This document shows, piece after piece, positions 45,931 to 53,994 of a stretch of 64,000 nucleotides of DNA. Where the stretch lies: sequence record MW822008.1. One strand, written 5' to 3'. Under the pieces are notes generated by a model that was not told the origin of the DNA, did not search any database, and saw only the letters and a list, made by a program, of their open reading frames with translations. The position numbers and the translations under genes are program-made. The first letter of the stretch is position 1; each line of letters starts with the position of its first letter. The DNA is from Escherichia phage BF17.

Positions 45931-48720
45931 ATGTTAAACAATAATATTGATAATATTGTACAACTTCTTTATGGGCATCACAAATTTATTGAAAGAAATA
46001 CTGGTGATACAATAGACCCAACAGTACAACATTATGTGGTGAATAATCAGGGTGTTTTGGCGAACAACCGTCATTTTATTAACTATTCTGCAATGGAAGG
46101 TCAACCAAACGGTGACGGGACAACAGAAGGTCAAAGTCTATTAATTTTAGGATACATTTATGCGTATCTGGCAACAAATGATCCAATGTTTTTAGATAAG
46201 GCAAAGTGGTACTGGGACGCATATCATCAGTACTTTTATGCTGGACGTGAATTACCAGATCCACCTACACCACTACAATGTAACTGGATAGTTAATGCCA
46301 AAGAACCTATATTGGCTAACTGGCCTTTAGCTGATGATGGCTGGCCCACACATGGTGGTTTCAAGGGAGTAGAATTTACATTTACTAATGGTCAATGTAA
46401 AATACCACATGGTGCACCATATTATGGTCAGTTCTTGGATAAAGTGACATTTGCATTCAAAGGTGCGTTAGCATGGAACCAAATAAATGCTTCAGTAAAA
46501 GCATTATTACCAGATGGTAGTGTTGATTGGGATACACCAGGTGAACAATATGATGTTGACTGGATTATCGATTTCATGGGTAGAAAAATCGACTGGGATG
46601 GTAATATTTTAGAAGAAGGTTTTGACGAATCTGAAAAAGGAACTGTTCAATTAAAGAATACAACAATTAATGGTGTATATAAATTAAATTTTGCAAATCG
46701 TCAACCAGTAGAATATGGTGGTGTGATAATTCAACGAAATGAAATGCAACACAACCGCCCTCTTCATGTTCCAATTGATTTGGAATTTGCTGATAACGCA
46801 TCAGATGCAGAATTATGGTTTAGTGATGCTTCTTATTTGTTATATAAAATAACAAAAGAAAGAAAACATTATTTGGGTTGGAAATGTTCACTACTAACGT
46901 GTTATGCTTATGGTGATATTGACTCCAGAGATAAATTTTTCAGACAAAGTACAATTGTAACCACACCATTCACTGATGGTATTTCCTATGAATATTTTTA
47001 TCCTAGTGATGCTATTGCTAAGTTTGGTAGAAATTCTCTAGGATATATTACTATCAGGCAAGACCAAAGTGCACAAAGTACTATGGAACAACAAGCTATT
47101 TGGTTCAGGGTCAATGCTGATTCTAAATTACTTGTAGACTATGGTGGTGTATGTGATGATGGTAAGCCGTTATCATTTAAACCAGTACTGGAATTGTCAA
47201 AAACAAAAAATGACCATGATGTTGTTCGTTATCGTTGTGGCTTACCGGAAAGTAAAGACCAAAATATCACACATTCATTAACACCTTTAAGTGCATTTGT
47301 TAGAGAAAAGAAAGCAGATGGTTCCCCTTATATAATTGCTGATAGTAGAATTGTTGTTCCTTATGGTGCAGCTACGTCCGAAATGATATATAGTACTGAT
47401 ATATTAGTTACACGCCGCGATACCATTAATCAGTTAGTTTGTGGTGAAGATGATGGTGCTGTTATTGGATTTTGGCTATTAGCAACAAATAAGTCTGAAG
47501 TTAAATCTTTTACCTATCGTTCATATGAAGATGATTACAATATAAGAATTGTAGATGATAATGGTTGGAGATGGTGGTGGATGATTCCTGCAACACACGG
47601 GGAATGGACTACAATCACACTAAGTTCCGATACATTACGTTTATCTGGGTATCAGCCAAATCATCCAAGTTCTGACCCAAGACCAGATGCACCAGTTTAT
47701 AGTGAACTAGAAGATATTACTATTTTACCTGATACAACCCCAGTAGATGGTGTTGCTGCAATAATTGATTGGTATTGTATTAATGACATTCCAGAATTAT
47801 ACACGGATGCTGACGGTGATGACTATACTATGACATTTTCAATAACAATTGCAGGTGAATCACCATATACTGCACAGTTAGGGGATTGTGTAATCAAGGA
47901 TTATTTGTTAAACTCATTGCATTACACACCAGGAACAATACCATTTTCTAACATCACTGACCCGTATGCGAACCAGTATTCAGGATGGCGTGGTTTACCG
48001 TATCCAGGTTATCAATATCCTGTGATATATTGTTTTAAAGACCAGCCAGTAGATAACACACGCTTAGGAAACATGTTAAGCTTTATGAAAGATTCCCAAA
48101 CATGGTTTACTCAACAATTCGGTACTGTTGGTCCGTGTGCACAAGCATATGTTTGGAACCGCTGGGATAACTTAAAATATGGTGAACCAGATACATTTAC
48201 TATGCTACATTGGGGTGATCAAGCATGGAGTGGGTATGAACCACGTGCGTTCTTTGGGGCTGCCAGAGCATGGCAAGAACTCGCAGAGAGAGGAATTGAA
48301 CCACCAGCAGATCTTGTTGAATTTTGTGAGAATTGGATTCACTTTTTAATTCAATTTCAAAAAGATAATGATGGTCGTTCACCAACAATCTTCAATAAAG
48401 ATGGCACAGTTGAAGGTCCAGATTGGGACTTTACAGGTCATATGTGTGGGTTGTGGTTAGCTGGGGCTTGTGCTGCTGGATTGGCTGGATGTAAAATAGA
48501 AGGTCTAACAACACTCGCTGATAACTTAGTTCTCGAACTTCAAAAGAATTATGTTATTGTAAATCCAGGTTCACCAATGAATGGTTCATGGAGTCCAGCA
48601 GTTAGAGAAGGTACTGATAATGGTATGTTTTTTGGTTTCTGGGCAGGTGAGATTATGCGTGGATTGGGATTATACTCAATGTACCGCTTAAACACACCAA
48701 ATCGTTTCCGTGATTTATAA
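45931..48720 (+). CDS. large (929 aa) protein in the tail-gene block; function unknown, possibly tail-associated or carbohydrate-active
   Basis: Long Trp/Tyr/Gly-rich ORF directly after fibre-like genes. No motif I can name. Confidence 0.6.
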   Translation: MLNNNIDNIVQLLYGHHKFIERNTGDTIDPTVQHYVVNNQGVLANNRHFINYSAMEGQPNGDGTTEGQSLLILGYIYAYLATNDPMFLDKAKWYWDAYHQYFYAGRELPDPPTPLQCNWIVNAKEPILANWPLADDGWPTHGGFKGVEFTFTNGQCKIPHGAPYYGQFLDKVTFAFKGALAWNQINASVKALLPDGSVDWDTPGEQYDVDWIIDFMGRKIDWDGNILEEGFDESEKGTVQLKNTTINGVYKLNFANRQPVEYGGVIIQRNEMQHNRPLHVPIDLEFADNASDAELWFSDASYLLYKITKERKHYLGWKCSLLTCYAYGDIDSRDKFFRQSTIVTTPFTDGISYEYFYPSDAIAKFGRNSLGYITIRQDQSAQSTMEQQAIWFRVNADSKLLVDYGGVCDDGKPLSFKPVLELSKTKNDHDVVRYRCGLPESKDQNITHSLTPLSAFVREKKADGSPYIIADSRIVVPYGAATSEMIYSTDILVTRRDTINQLVCGEDDGAVIGFWLLATNKSEVKSFTYRSYEDDYNIRIVDDNGWRWWWMIPATHGEWTTITLSSDTLRLSGYQPNHPSSDPRPDAPVYSELEDITILPDTTPVDGVAAIIDWYCINDIPELYTDADGDDYTMTFSITIAGESPYTAQLGDCVIKDYLLNSLHYTPGTIPFSNITDPYANQYSGWRGLPYPGYQYPVIYCFKDQPVDNTRLGNMLSFMKDSQTWFTQQFGTVGPCAQAYVWNRWDNLKYGEPDTFTMLHWGDQAWSGYEPRAFFGAARAWQELAERGIEPPADLVEFCENWIHFLIQFQKDNDGRSPTIFNKDGTVEGPDWDFTGHMCGLWLAGACAAGLAGCKIEGLTTLADNLVLELQKNYVIVNPGSPMNGSWSPAVREGTDNGMFFGFWAGEIMRGLGLYSMYRLNTPNRFRDL

Positions 48721-48721
48721 C

Positions 48722-48750
48722 TTGACATAGAAAAAGTAATTATGTATAAT
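48722..48750 (+). promoter_or_regulatory. promoter: TTGACA-N17-TATAAT with a TG extension
   Basis: Consensus hexamers. Predicted start near 48757 lies inside the 5' arm of the terminator at 48752..48782. Confidence 0.65.
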
Positions 48751-48751
48751 C

Positions 48752-48782
48752 AGAGAACTTCATATGGAGTTCTCTTTTTTTT
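48752..48782 (+). terminator. intrinsic terminator
   Basis: AGAGAACT-N8-AGTTCTCT followed by T8. Confidence 0.75.
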
Positions 48783-48795
48783 ATAAGGTGATAAA

Positions 48796-49215
48796 ATGTT
48801 AAATGAACGTATTAAAAATGCACTACATGTATTGAACCAAGAAGTCAATTCTATTCATAAAAGTACTGACCGTTATAAAGTAATGCATGAAATCAAACAA
48901 GAATTGGAATCTATTAATAAGGGAGAGTGGTGGTATCTTCAGCCCGAATATCAAACTCGTGAATTAAACGATGTTGAAAAAGAAATTGTCAAATTCATCA
49001 CTACTCGTTATTGTGATACATCAGAGAATGATGTATCAGCGAACTTCAATCTTACTAAATTGGAAGTCGAAGAAAAATTCCATTTTGATTGGCTTGATTG
49101 GATTGAAATGGTAATGGAACTAGAAGAAAAATTCAATGTTGAAGTTGATGAAAAGTTCGAGAATAATGAAACTAAGCTGTATGAACTAGTAGAACATATT
49201 CAAAAAATGTTGTAA
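48796..49215 (+). CDS. acyl-carrier-protein-like protein lacking the phosphopantetheine serine
   Basis: The C-terminal 75 aa align position by position with E. coli ACP. FHFDWLDWIEMVMELEEKFNVEV matches [23 protein letters not shown]. The DSL serine is Trp (TGG at 49090..49092). Confidence 0.65.
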   Translation: MLNERIKNALHVLNQEVNSIHKSTDRYKVMHEIKQELESINKGEWWYLQPEYQTRELNDVEKEIVKFITTRYCDTSENDVSANFNLTKLEVEEKFHFDWLDWIEMVMELEEKFNVEVDEKFENNETKLYELVEHIQKML

Positions 49216-49218
49216 AAC

Positions 49219-49232
49219 TATACAATTGTATA
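49219..49232. promoter_or_regulatory. perfect 14-bp palindrome TATACAATTGTATA upstream of the spanin genes
   Basis: Self-complementary. Overlaps the extended -10-like TGTATACT at 49227..49234. Confidence 0.35.
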
Positions 49233-49268
49233 CTCTAAATAATATCATCAACTATAGGAGATATTATT

Positions 49269-49643
49269 ATGAGTATGTTAGAAATAATTGTTTCAAAAAT
49301 TCTTATTCCATTTTGGAAACCAATTTCTTTTGTATTATTAATTGGCGGTTCAGCTTATGCTGGTTGGGAAGCTAATACTTATTACAGTGGATATCAACAA
49401 AGCATAGAGCAACAAATAGCTAAAAAAGTTGATACCGCCTTGGATAAAATGCAACAAGAAAATGCAAAAAATTACCTTGAAACTAAAAAAATCATGGAAG
49501 ATAATGCTAAAGTTATTGAAACAAAGGTTCCTTTTATTGTAGAACGTGAAGTTTATAAGAATGTATGTTTAGATGAAGATGGTGTAAAAGTACTGAATGA
49601 ACTAAAACAAAATTCTCAAGCAGCGAGGAATAAATTCAAATGA
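49269..49643 (+). CDS. i-spanin (Rz-like)
   Basis: N-terminal TM helix followed by a charged helical periplasmic part. Overlaps the downstream lipoprotein gene through ATGA. Confidence 0.6.
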   Translation: MSMLEIIVSKILIPFWKPISFVLLIGGSAYAGWEANTYYSGYQQSIEQQIAKKVDTALDKMQQENAKNYLETKKIMEDNAKVIETKVPFIVEREVYKNVCLDEDGVKVLNELKQNSQAARNKFK

Positions 49644-49948
49644 AAAAATTATTAGTTCCAATGATTTCTTTTTTAATTATAAGTGGGTGTGCCGAGCAAG
49701 TAAAACTACAATCCCCCGCACCAATTAAACAAGAAATTCTGTTAGAAAGATGTGATGATGATACACCTCTACCACAAAAAATTATGATTGACAAAAATGG
49801 TTTTAAAGGTTATGATGGTGCAGAAATTCTTAAAGTACTTACTCGTTGGGATGCAGTCTACAATGAATGTGCTTTAAAACACGACGCATTGATTAAAACT
49901 ATTCGTGATTTACAAGGTAAAGATATTAAAATCAATATCAAGGAATAA
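49640..49948 (+). CDS. o-spanin (outer-membrane lipoprotein)
   Basis: Signal plus lipobox MKKLLVPMISFLIISGC. Confidence 0.6.
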   Translation: MKKLLVPMISFLIISGCAEQVKLQSPAPIKQEILLERCDDDTPLPQKIMIDKNGFKGYDGAEILKVLTRWDAVYNECALKHDALIKTIRDLQGKDIKINIKE

Positions 49949-49949
49949 A

Positions 49950-50561
49950 ATGAACAAATATCATGTTTACTATACGACAAAATTATCACTTCTTGAAGAA
50001 TTAAATCAACGAAGTACTAAGATGAAACGCTACACTTTAAATGGTATTACTTTTCGATATTTCCCACAAAAAGTTCTTACTTTTGTTAAGAATCCAAAAT
50101 GCGTGGCATGTGGGATTGAAGCTACTGAAGTACGCATTGAACGTTCATTATGTTCTGATCCAGTATATGGTAAACCACATTTAAATGTATATGCTGTATG
50201 TGGTCTTTATGAAGTTTTAATGACAGTTGACCATAATCATCTGGCATCTAAGGGTGGACCTGATTTAGAGTCAAACTTTAATACTATGTGCTCCAGATGT
50301 AATCAACTACGTTCGAATAAAACTGAAACAGTTGATGAGTTTCTTGAGAAAGTTAAAGGTCGTAATCTTCTCCAAGAACATATGAATAATTTCTTTAATG
50401 TACAAAAAAAGAAAAATAACATTGACAAGTCGAAACTACTAGAAGAACGTAGGTTACGTCAAGAATTATGGGAAACCGATCATCTATGGCATGTTCGAGA
50501 GTTTGGTCGTCATATGAAAGCTTTGAAAAAAGAACAGAAGAAATTGAATAAACATGATTGA
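49950..50561 (+). CDS. free-standing HNH endonuclease
   Basis: Contains VDHNHLASKGGPDLESNFNTMCSRCNQLRSNK (HNH with Cys pairs). ATG at 49950 follows AAGGA. Confidence 0.75.
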   Translation: MNKYHVYYTTKLSLLEELNQRSTKMKRYTLNGITFRYFPQKVLTFVKNPKCVACGIEATEVRIERSLCSDPVYGKPHLNVYAVCGLYEVLMTVDHNHLASKGGPDLESNFNTMCSRCNQLRSNKTETVDEFLEKVKGRNLLQEHMNNFFNVQKKKNNIDKSKLLEERRLRQELWETDHLWHVREFGRHMKALKKEQKKLNKHD

Positions 50562-50572
50562 TATGATATTAT
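50544..50572 (+). promoter_or_regulatory. promoter: TTGAAT-N17-TATTAT with a TG extension
   Basis: Predicted start near 50579 lies inside the 5' arm of the terminator at 50574..50602. Confidence 0.55.
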
Positions 50573-50573
50573 A

Positions 50574-50602
50574 GGGACTTGAGTATTCAAGTCCTTTTTT
50601 TT
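50574..50602 (+). terminator. intrinsic terminator after the HNH gene
   Basis: GGACTTGA-GTAT-TCAAGTCC followed by T8. Confidence 0.75.
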
Positions 50603-50613
50603 GGAGAAAATAA

Positions 50614-50970
50614 ATGAAATCTAAAATCTTTTTACCACAATTAATGTGGCATCTAGCAGAGTTAGATGAAAATGATGAATATACTGACTATGGTGCATGG
50701 GATGACAGTACTGAAACTTTTAAACCAGATGTAAAATATAAAATCATCTGCAATGAAAGCAAAGGGCACAGAAGGTGGACTGAAGAATTTGATCTCGTAT
50801 TTCTTGACATGAGCACAAATAAGTTTTATCATTGTACTTATGAACGAGGTTTAACAGAAGATAGACCAGTACAACCATTCAGTACTGAAACTGATGGTGT
50901 TAAGTGCAATGAAGTTTCTGTTACCAGAGAAGAAATTATCACTTATCGAACTTTGTGGAAATATTTGTAA
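50614..50970 (+). CDS. hypothetical protein
   Basis: GGAG upstream. Promoter/terminator element at 50544..50602. Confidence 0.6.
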   Translation: MKSKIFLPQLMWHLAELDENDEYTDYGAWDDSTETFKPDVKYKIICNESKGHRRWTEEFDLVFLDMSTNKFYHCTYERGLTEDRPVQPFSTETDGVKCNEVSVTREEIITYRTLWKYL

Positions 50971-50971
50971 A

Positions 50972-51370
50972 ATGCTTAAAGAATTAGATTTTTCAAACTT
51001 AGAAATTATCAGTGCTGTAAAAAACATTTCCGATATGGGAGATGAGAAAGCAGTTCTTGTTACTATTACTTTTGTAAAAGAAAAAGATAGCTATAGCCAT
51101 TTAACTGGCATTGAAGAACTAATTCATAAAACCAATCTTGAGAATGATGGTAAACTCATCAAGCTTCAGGCTTCCTATACGCAAAAAACGTCAAATTTTA
51201 TAGACCTAAATAATGTAGTCAAGGTGGTATACAATCATCCTGAACACACATATAGGAACACGACAAGAAATGAAAATGTTGCTAACGATTCGAATATTAT
51301 CGAAGATGTTGAATTCATAAACACAATTTTTGATCGTTGTTCTAAGGATTTAAAAAAAGTATACATGTAA
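50972..51370 (+). CDS. hypothetical protein
   Basis: ATG at 50972, immediately after the upstream stop. Confidence 0.55.
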   Translation: MLKELDFSNLEIISAVKNISDMGDEKAVLVTITFVKEKDSYSHLTGIEELIHKTNLENDGKLIKLQASYTQKTSNFIDLNNVVKVVYNHPEHTYRNTTRNENVANDSNIIEDVEFINTIFDRCSKDLKKVYM

Positions 51371-51399
51371 TGGGACATTATATGTTCCAATGATATAAT
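51371..51399 (+). promoter_or_regulatory. promoter: TGGGAC-N17-TATAAT with a TG extension, driving the noncoding locus
   Basis: TGGGACATTATATGTTCCAATGATATAAT is nearly the same as the element at 26149. Confidence 0.6.
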
Positions 51400-51677
51400 G
51401 TATATAGAAAATGACAACGGACATTGAAAAATGGACACTGAGAACCTACTTCTCTTGAAAATGTAAAGGATAGATGAGCTTTACCGTTGTAGCGAACAGC
51501 AGAAGAAACCTGTTAGAGTACTGGCATTCAAACAAACACGATGTAAGACCACGAATCACGGCGACACGGCTGTATAAAGAACTCCGATAAGCATACAGAG
51601 AGTTCCTAGATAGATGTATAAGGTTCGCACCTTACCAGATTTGCTAAGGGAGTTCAAGAATAGCGGACGCAATTTTT

Positions 51678-51706
51678 ACAAGAAAGTTGCGTCCAAAATT
51701 TGAGAA
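51678..51706 (+). repeat. internal repeat module A of the noncoding locus
   Basis: ACAAGAAAG-TTGC-GTCCAAAATTTGAGAA. Matches 27 of 29 positions of 51830..51858. Confidence 0.85.
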
Positions 51707-51829
51707 CAAGTACTACTTTGATCGAATAGAGTTAGTACTGAGTGCTGTTGATGAAAAGACCAGCGACCGTTGCATATGACTGCGATAGAGAGAAACCGAG
51801 CAACCCGCTTTCGCTCTCTAAATTTTGGT

Positions 51830-51858
51830 ACAAGAAAGATCCGTCCAAAATTTGAGAA
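51830..51858 (+). repeat. internal repeat module B of the noncoding locus
   Basis: ACAAGAAAG-ATCC-GTCCAAAATTTGAGAA. Confidence 0.85.
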
Positions 51859-51894
51859 ATTCGCAATTCGATAATATCCGATGCCATCATCGTC

Positions 51895-51920
51895 AAGAGA
51901 GACTTAATTGTCTCTTTTTT
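51895..51920 (+). terminator. intrinsic terminator closing the noncoding locus
   Basis: AAGAGAGAC-TTAATT-GTCTCTTTT with a T run to 51920. Confidence 0.65.
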
Positions 51921-52060
51921 ATTACCTTCATTCCCCTGCGGGGGGATGTAATAGTCCTCAACAAATCCCGTCAAGTTTTTAAAGTACATTATCATTTTCA
52001 GAAGGAACTAGTTTACGAAGTAAACGCAGTGACTTCTTGAGTTACGAGAGAACGAAGTGA

Positions 52061-52489
52061 ATGAGTAACACAACGAAAATATCCGATAAATCCGAATTAA
52101 CACAAATGTTATTCAAAGAATATTTTGAGTTTCAGATAAAAGACGAACATCAATTACCACAGCAATATTTGAAAAGAATTAAAGATCCGTCAGTAATTAC
52201 TAAAGAAACTAATTTTTATAATAGTATTTTGGATTTCGTTAAATCAGTTCATACAACAAGACCTATTGTAGTTTTGTTTTTTGATAAATCTATTCCTTTA
52301 GTAGTTCCTGAAAATGTATTTTTTATTTCAGAAACTGATTTAAATAATCAAAGTACTGTAAGTAGATTAAGAAATTGCTTACTTGTAGTATGTGATTCTT
52401 CTTTGTATAATAACAGAATACTATGGGATAGAAGTAAACGCAATGCAGTTTCGGAAATGAATCCTGAAATTACCTTTATTATTAACTAA
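52061..52489 (+). CDS. hypothetical protein
   Basis: ORF track. Weak RBS. Confidence 0.55.
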   Translation: MSNTTKISDKSELTQMLFKEYFEFQIKDEHQLPQQYLKRIKDPSVITKETNFYNSILDFVKSVHTTRPIVVLFFDKSIPLVVPENVFFISETDLNNQSTVSRLRNCLLVVCDSSLYNNRILWDRSKRNAVSEMNPEITFIIN

Positions 52490-52521
52490 ATAATAAGAGA
52501 ATAACTCTAAGGAGAGATATT

Positions 52522-52962
52522 ATGGAAGATATTAATGATTTACGACACGTAATGGACTTTATCGGAAGTACTGAAGAAGATAATTCATATGATGAAGTAC
52601 TATTAACTTTTATTGAAAATAGTTTGTTTTTAAGTTCTGCTGCACATAACTGGCACTTACAATGTCATTTTTATACAAAGCATTTACAATTAGATGAACT
52701 ATATAAAGAATTACCAGAATATGTAGACGCATTTGTTGAAGGTATCATGAATAATCGTGGTGCTTTGCAAGTTGGGACTGGTAATAGTTATCGTTTTACA
52801 CCAATTGAAGATTGTGTACCAATTCTTGAAGAATATGTTGAGCAATGCAGAGCAATTCATGATATGCTTGAAGAATCGGGTGATTACGGCAGTGTAAACA
52901 CATTAGAAGATATTATGAGTTTTGTTGAAGGAACACTTTACAAACTTAAAGTTTTACAATAA
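52522..52962 (+). CDS. Dps/ferritin-like four-helix-bundle protein
   Basis: AAHNWHLQCHFYTKHLQLDELYKELPEYVDAFVEGI parallels the Dps pattern HW...F..LH..F.E.Y.EL....D..AERI. Confidence 0.6.
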   Translation: MEDINDLRHVMDFIGSTEEDNSYDEVLLTFIENSLFLSSAAHNWHLQCHFYTKHLQLDELYKELPEYVDAFVEGIMNNRGALQVGTGNSYRFTPIEDCVPILEEYVEQCRAIHDMLEESGDYGSVNTLEDIMSFVEGTLYKLKVLQ

Positions 52963-52969
52963 ACTATAT

Positions 52970-52999
52970 GGTGAGTCGCTATGACTCTCCTTTTCTTTT
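52970..52999 (+). terminator. intrinsic terminator after the Dps-like gene
   Basis: GGTGAGTC-GCTAT-GACTCTCC (one mismatch) followed by TTTTCTTTT. Confidence 0.6.
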
Positions 53000-53010
53000 G
53001 GAGAAATAAT

Positions 53011-53628
53011 ATGAAATCGCATGAGTTAGCAAAATTACTACTATCTCAACCAAATCTAGAAATTTATCATTATGATGCAGAGAGTGACTTGCATTATCAG
53101 AATTTTGATAATAGATTAATGGTTACACCATCTGGTATTTTCACAACGGTAAAACCTACATCAGTTTCTGAAAATGTACTTACACCATACGAAACCCCCC
53201 TCTTGGGTCATGTGCAAATTTTCTTTAAGGATGGTACTATTACTCCAAAATTGGAGGGTTCACATATTCAAACTGTTCTTAGCTTAGAATATGGGTTGGT
53301 ATTTAACATTCCTTATGAAAAGCCAATTGTTTTATTAGGTAAAAATAAATCAACACAATTCTCTAATCAACATGCTGTTTGTTATACATCTGATGATATT
53401 GATTTCATTTCAGTACTGACAGAATATGATCCTAATACTTGGCATGAAACATGGGAAAATATGTCATATGATGAAGCAATTGAATGTGGTAAAAATTTAG
53501 CCAAAATGTTATTTCCACCGAAAAAAGAACTTTCACAAGAACAAAATGAATCATTTTCTAAAGATTTTCCTGATTCTGAATTCAATGTTAAAGTATCACC
53601 TTCTATGATTGATAAAATTGAAAAATAA
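53011..53628 (+). CDS. hypothetical protein, paralog of 54364
   Basis: MKSHELAKLLLSQPNLEIYHY parallels MKAKDLAALLLQNPEMEVYHE. ATG follows GGAG. Confidence 0.65.
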   Translation: MKSHELAKLLLSQPNLEIYHYDAESDLHYQNFDNRLMVTPSGIFTTVKPTSVSENVLTPYETPLLGHVQIFFKDGTITPKLEGSHIQTVLSLEYGLVFNIPYEKPIVLLGKNKSTQFSNQHAVCYTSDDIDFISVLTEYDPNTWHETWENMSYDEAIECGKNLAKMLFPPKKELSQEQNESFSKDFPDSEFNVKVSPSMIDKIEK

Positions 53629-53640
53629 AAGAGGTTGAAC

Positions 53641-53994
53641 ATGAGTGATTACCGCGTAACATCTGGACTAATGGCACGTCTTATTGAAGCAGTTCCTGAA
53701 GATGATTATGAAGCTATTTCAGATCGTCTTTTTGACGCAGATTCTAAACTCCATATTACATATGATGGTGCATTGATTTACAGTACTGATATTGATATGT
53801 CTAGTTATGAATTTGAGATTTCTTTTGGTAACAAACTAACTACTGAAGAATTCGCTCGAAAATGTGAGCGTGAAGGATTCTGTATTGATATTAGTTCAGT
53901 TCAGCCATATACATCACTGTGGTATGATGGTGCTGATAGTCCAATGTCTACTACATCTTTACAGGATTTTCTAAATGCAAATCAAAAAGATTAA
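53641..53994 (+). CDS. hypothetical acidic protein
   Basis: ATG at 53641 after AGAGG. Confidence 0.6.
   Translation: MSDYRVTSGLMARLIEAVPEDDYEAISDRLFDADSKLHITYDGALIYSTDIDMSSYEFEISFGNKLTTEEFARKCEREGFCIDISSVQPYTSLWYDGADSPMSTTSLQDFLNANQKD

Larger units (their letters stand above)
51406..51920 (+). ncRNA. candidate large structured noncoding RNA (~0.5 kb), family unknown
   Basis: Bounded by the promoter at 51371..51399 and the terminator at 51895..51920. No credible ORF or RBS. G+C is visibly higher than in the flanks. Contains many perfect helices, a possible H-type pseudoknot and a 29-nt internal repeat. Confidence 0.5.

Noticed and set aside
51619-51634. GGTTCGCACC, which looks superficially like a tRNA T-arm. 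This was part of a general search for tRNA genes.
   Set aside because: The loop is only 4 nt (TCGC). There is no acceptor, D or anticodon arm around it. I found no GGTTCGAATCC-type T-loops in intergenic DNA, so no tRNA is called.
51678-51858. The two 29-nt repeat modules considered as a mini-CRISPR array or an RNA anti-CRISPR (solitary repeat units).
   Set aside because: The copies are about 150 nt apart, far more than spacer length. There are only two copies, and they do not resemble any CRISPR repeat family I can recall.
51732-52040. ORFs 51732..51995 (minus) and 51825..52040 (plus) inside the noncoding locus.
   Set aside because: Neither has a Shine-Dalgarno sequence. Both run through the terminator hairpin and the GC hairpin. 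The region is better explained as structured RNA or DNA.
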